A stretch of DNA of 64,000 nt. It comes from Camelus ferus (Eukaryota). The stretch spans positions 118,422,001 to 118,486,000 of the forward strand of contig NC_045696.1 in NCBI RefSeq assembly GCF_009834535.1. The letters run 5' to 3'. Under the pieces are notes generated by a model that was not told the DNA's origin, made no database searches, and worked only from the letters and a program-made list of their open reading frames with translations. This document shows positions 62,861 through 64,000 of this stretch, in pieces; positions within the stretch are counted from its first letter, which is position 1, and the number at the start of each line of letters is the position of its first letter. The position numbers and the translations under genes were made by a program.

Positions 62861-64000
62861 AGGGACTGCATATCCCAGTTTGTATGGCGAACAGTCTGGG
62901 TTTACACCTTCTAGGAAGAGTAGGAATAGTTAACACTGCCCTTTTCCACTCTCAGAGGCATCCCATTAGGATCCTAAGCTTCGATGGTCTGTCTGCGCGA
63001 GGTGGTGCTCCCAGCAGGAGAACGTGGGCAGAGCTGAAACTCCATGTCTCTCATTGTCAGTATTTCAGAGGCACCAGAGAAGGAAGAGCTTGTGTTGTGA
63101 CCTCACAAAATTGTGTTCTCTGAGCTGAGAGAGGTAACATGGTCAGGAGTGCTGAGGTGCAGTAAGGCAAGCCTGGCAAAGCACCCCCAGACTTGGCCCC
63201 ATGGAGGGACAGGCTTTGGAGACCTTTGTCAGCGTGGACTCAGTGGGCTGGACAGGTGGAGCAGAGGCTGGGTTGGGGGGCTGAAGAATAACTGGACAGC
63301 TAAGAATTCTAATAGCCTTTTCTGCTATTTTTGTTGTTGTTTGTATGCATCACATTTTCAACTAAAAGTCAACTAAATAAAGAAGAATGCAGAGATAGCA
63401 AGCGCGAGTAATCTTTAAAGAAAGTCACTAGGGAAGGGAAGAGGAAGCTGTAAGGAGGGTCAGCGTGGGGTAGGGAGGGTTGGACGGCCGCCTTGGGGGT
63501 GAGACGGGGCGCCGGAGATGGGGTGAGCTGACGGAGATGTGTCCTTCTCAGCCCAGTCTGGGCAGCTCCTCCAGGGGTCAGCACTAGTCTTTTTTCCCCT
63601 CCTGTTCCAAGGATGGGATCTATGAAAAGATAAATTATCTTGTTTACTTGATGTTTTTCCTGTTTCTTACTCGTTCTTCACACCCACTCCTCCACCGCAG
63701 TGAGGGGATGGATTTTGTCTCAGTTTCCCTCCTGTATCCCAGCATCAGACCAGGCTGGGTACAGAGTAAATATTTTTTGAGTGAAATAGCAGAAGAAACC
63801 AGGGCCCCGAGGCAGTGGGGCGAGGTCGTGGGTCCTGTGGAAGACTGGCCGTGGAACAGGCATGAAAGACAGTGCTGGTCTGGGCGGGTTTGGGGAGTAG
63901 GCCAGCTTATGGGCGAAGACAGACAAGGAGGTGCTCCATGCCTGATGAAGGACCGAGCGCAGCTGTCTGCAGGGGGCTCGGGGGGCGTCCCTGAGAAGTG

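Noticed and set aside
484..63926. The many 60-155 aa ORFs in the supplied track as independent genes
   Set aside because: They are short, often start at non-ATG codons and show no recognisable domains. The recognisable ones are L1 ORF2 remnants. The track misses the real TBC1D5 frames.
1..64000. tRNA, rRNA, snoRNA or miRNA genes
   Set aside because: None recognised by eye. Small structured RNAs cannot be excluded without covariance-model searches such as Infernal/Rfam or tRNAscan-SE.

Overview
Mammalian genomic DNA, most likely a cetartiodactyl and tentatively a camelid, judging from the L1 3' UTR type and the lack of recognisable ruminant, pig, primate, rodent or carnivore SINEs. The window is internal to TBC1D5 (retromer-associated Rab7 GAP) on the + strand. 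Two coding exons (4095-4267, 173 nt; 60242-60384, 143 nt) splice in frame across one 55,974-nt GT-AG intron and encode the C-terminal part of the TBC domain. The rest is intronic: old L2, MIR, MaLR/ERV LTR and hAT-type (MER3, MER5, MER45, MER58, MER103) repeats, old and younger L1 fragments, microsatellites, and several repeat-poor, motif-rich blocks that may be conserved enhancers. The ORF-track entries are L1 ORF2 remnants or chance ORFs. I found no new gene system. The best unexplained structures are: a ~205-bp, ~83%-identical inverted duplication (51470-52824); a CpG-decayed 70-bp local copy sitting inside a MIR (5416-6546); a perfect 91-bp tandem duplication (9978-10159); a composite L1 insertion under one target-site duplication, possibly a 3' transduction (48047-49190); and two strong deep-intronic splice signals (TACTAAC-T34-CAG at 42739-42789; recursive-type CAG|GTGAGT at 50387-50395). 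Repeat family names come from memory of consensus sequences, not from a search, and most repeat boundaries are approximate.
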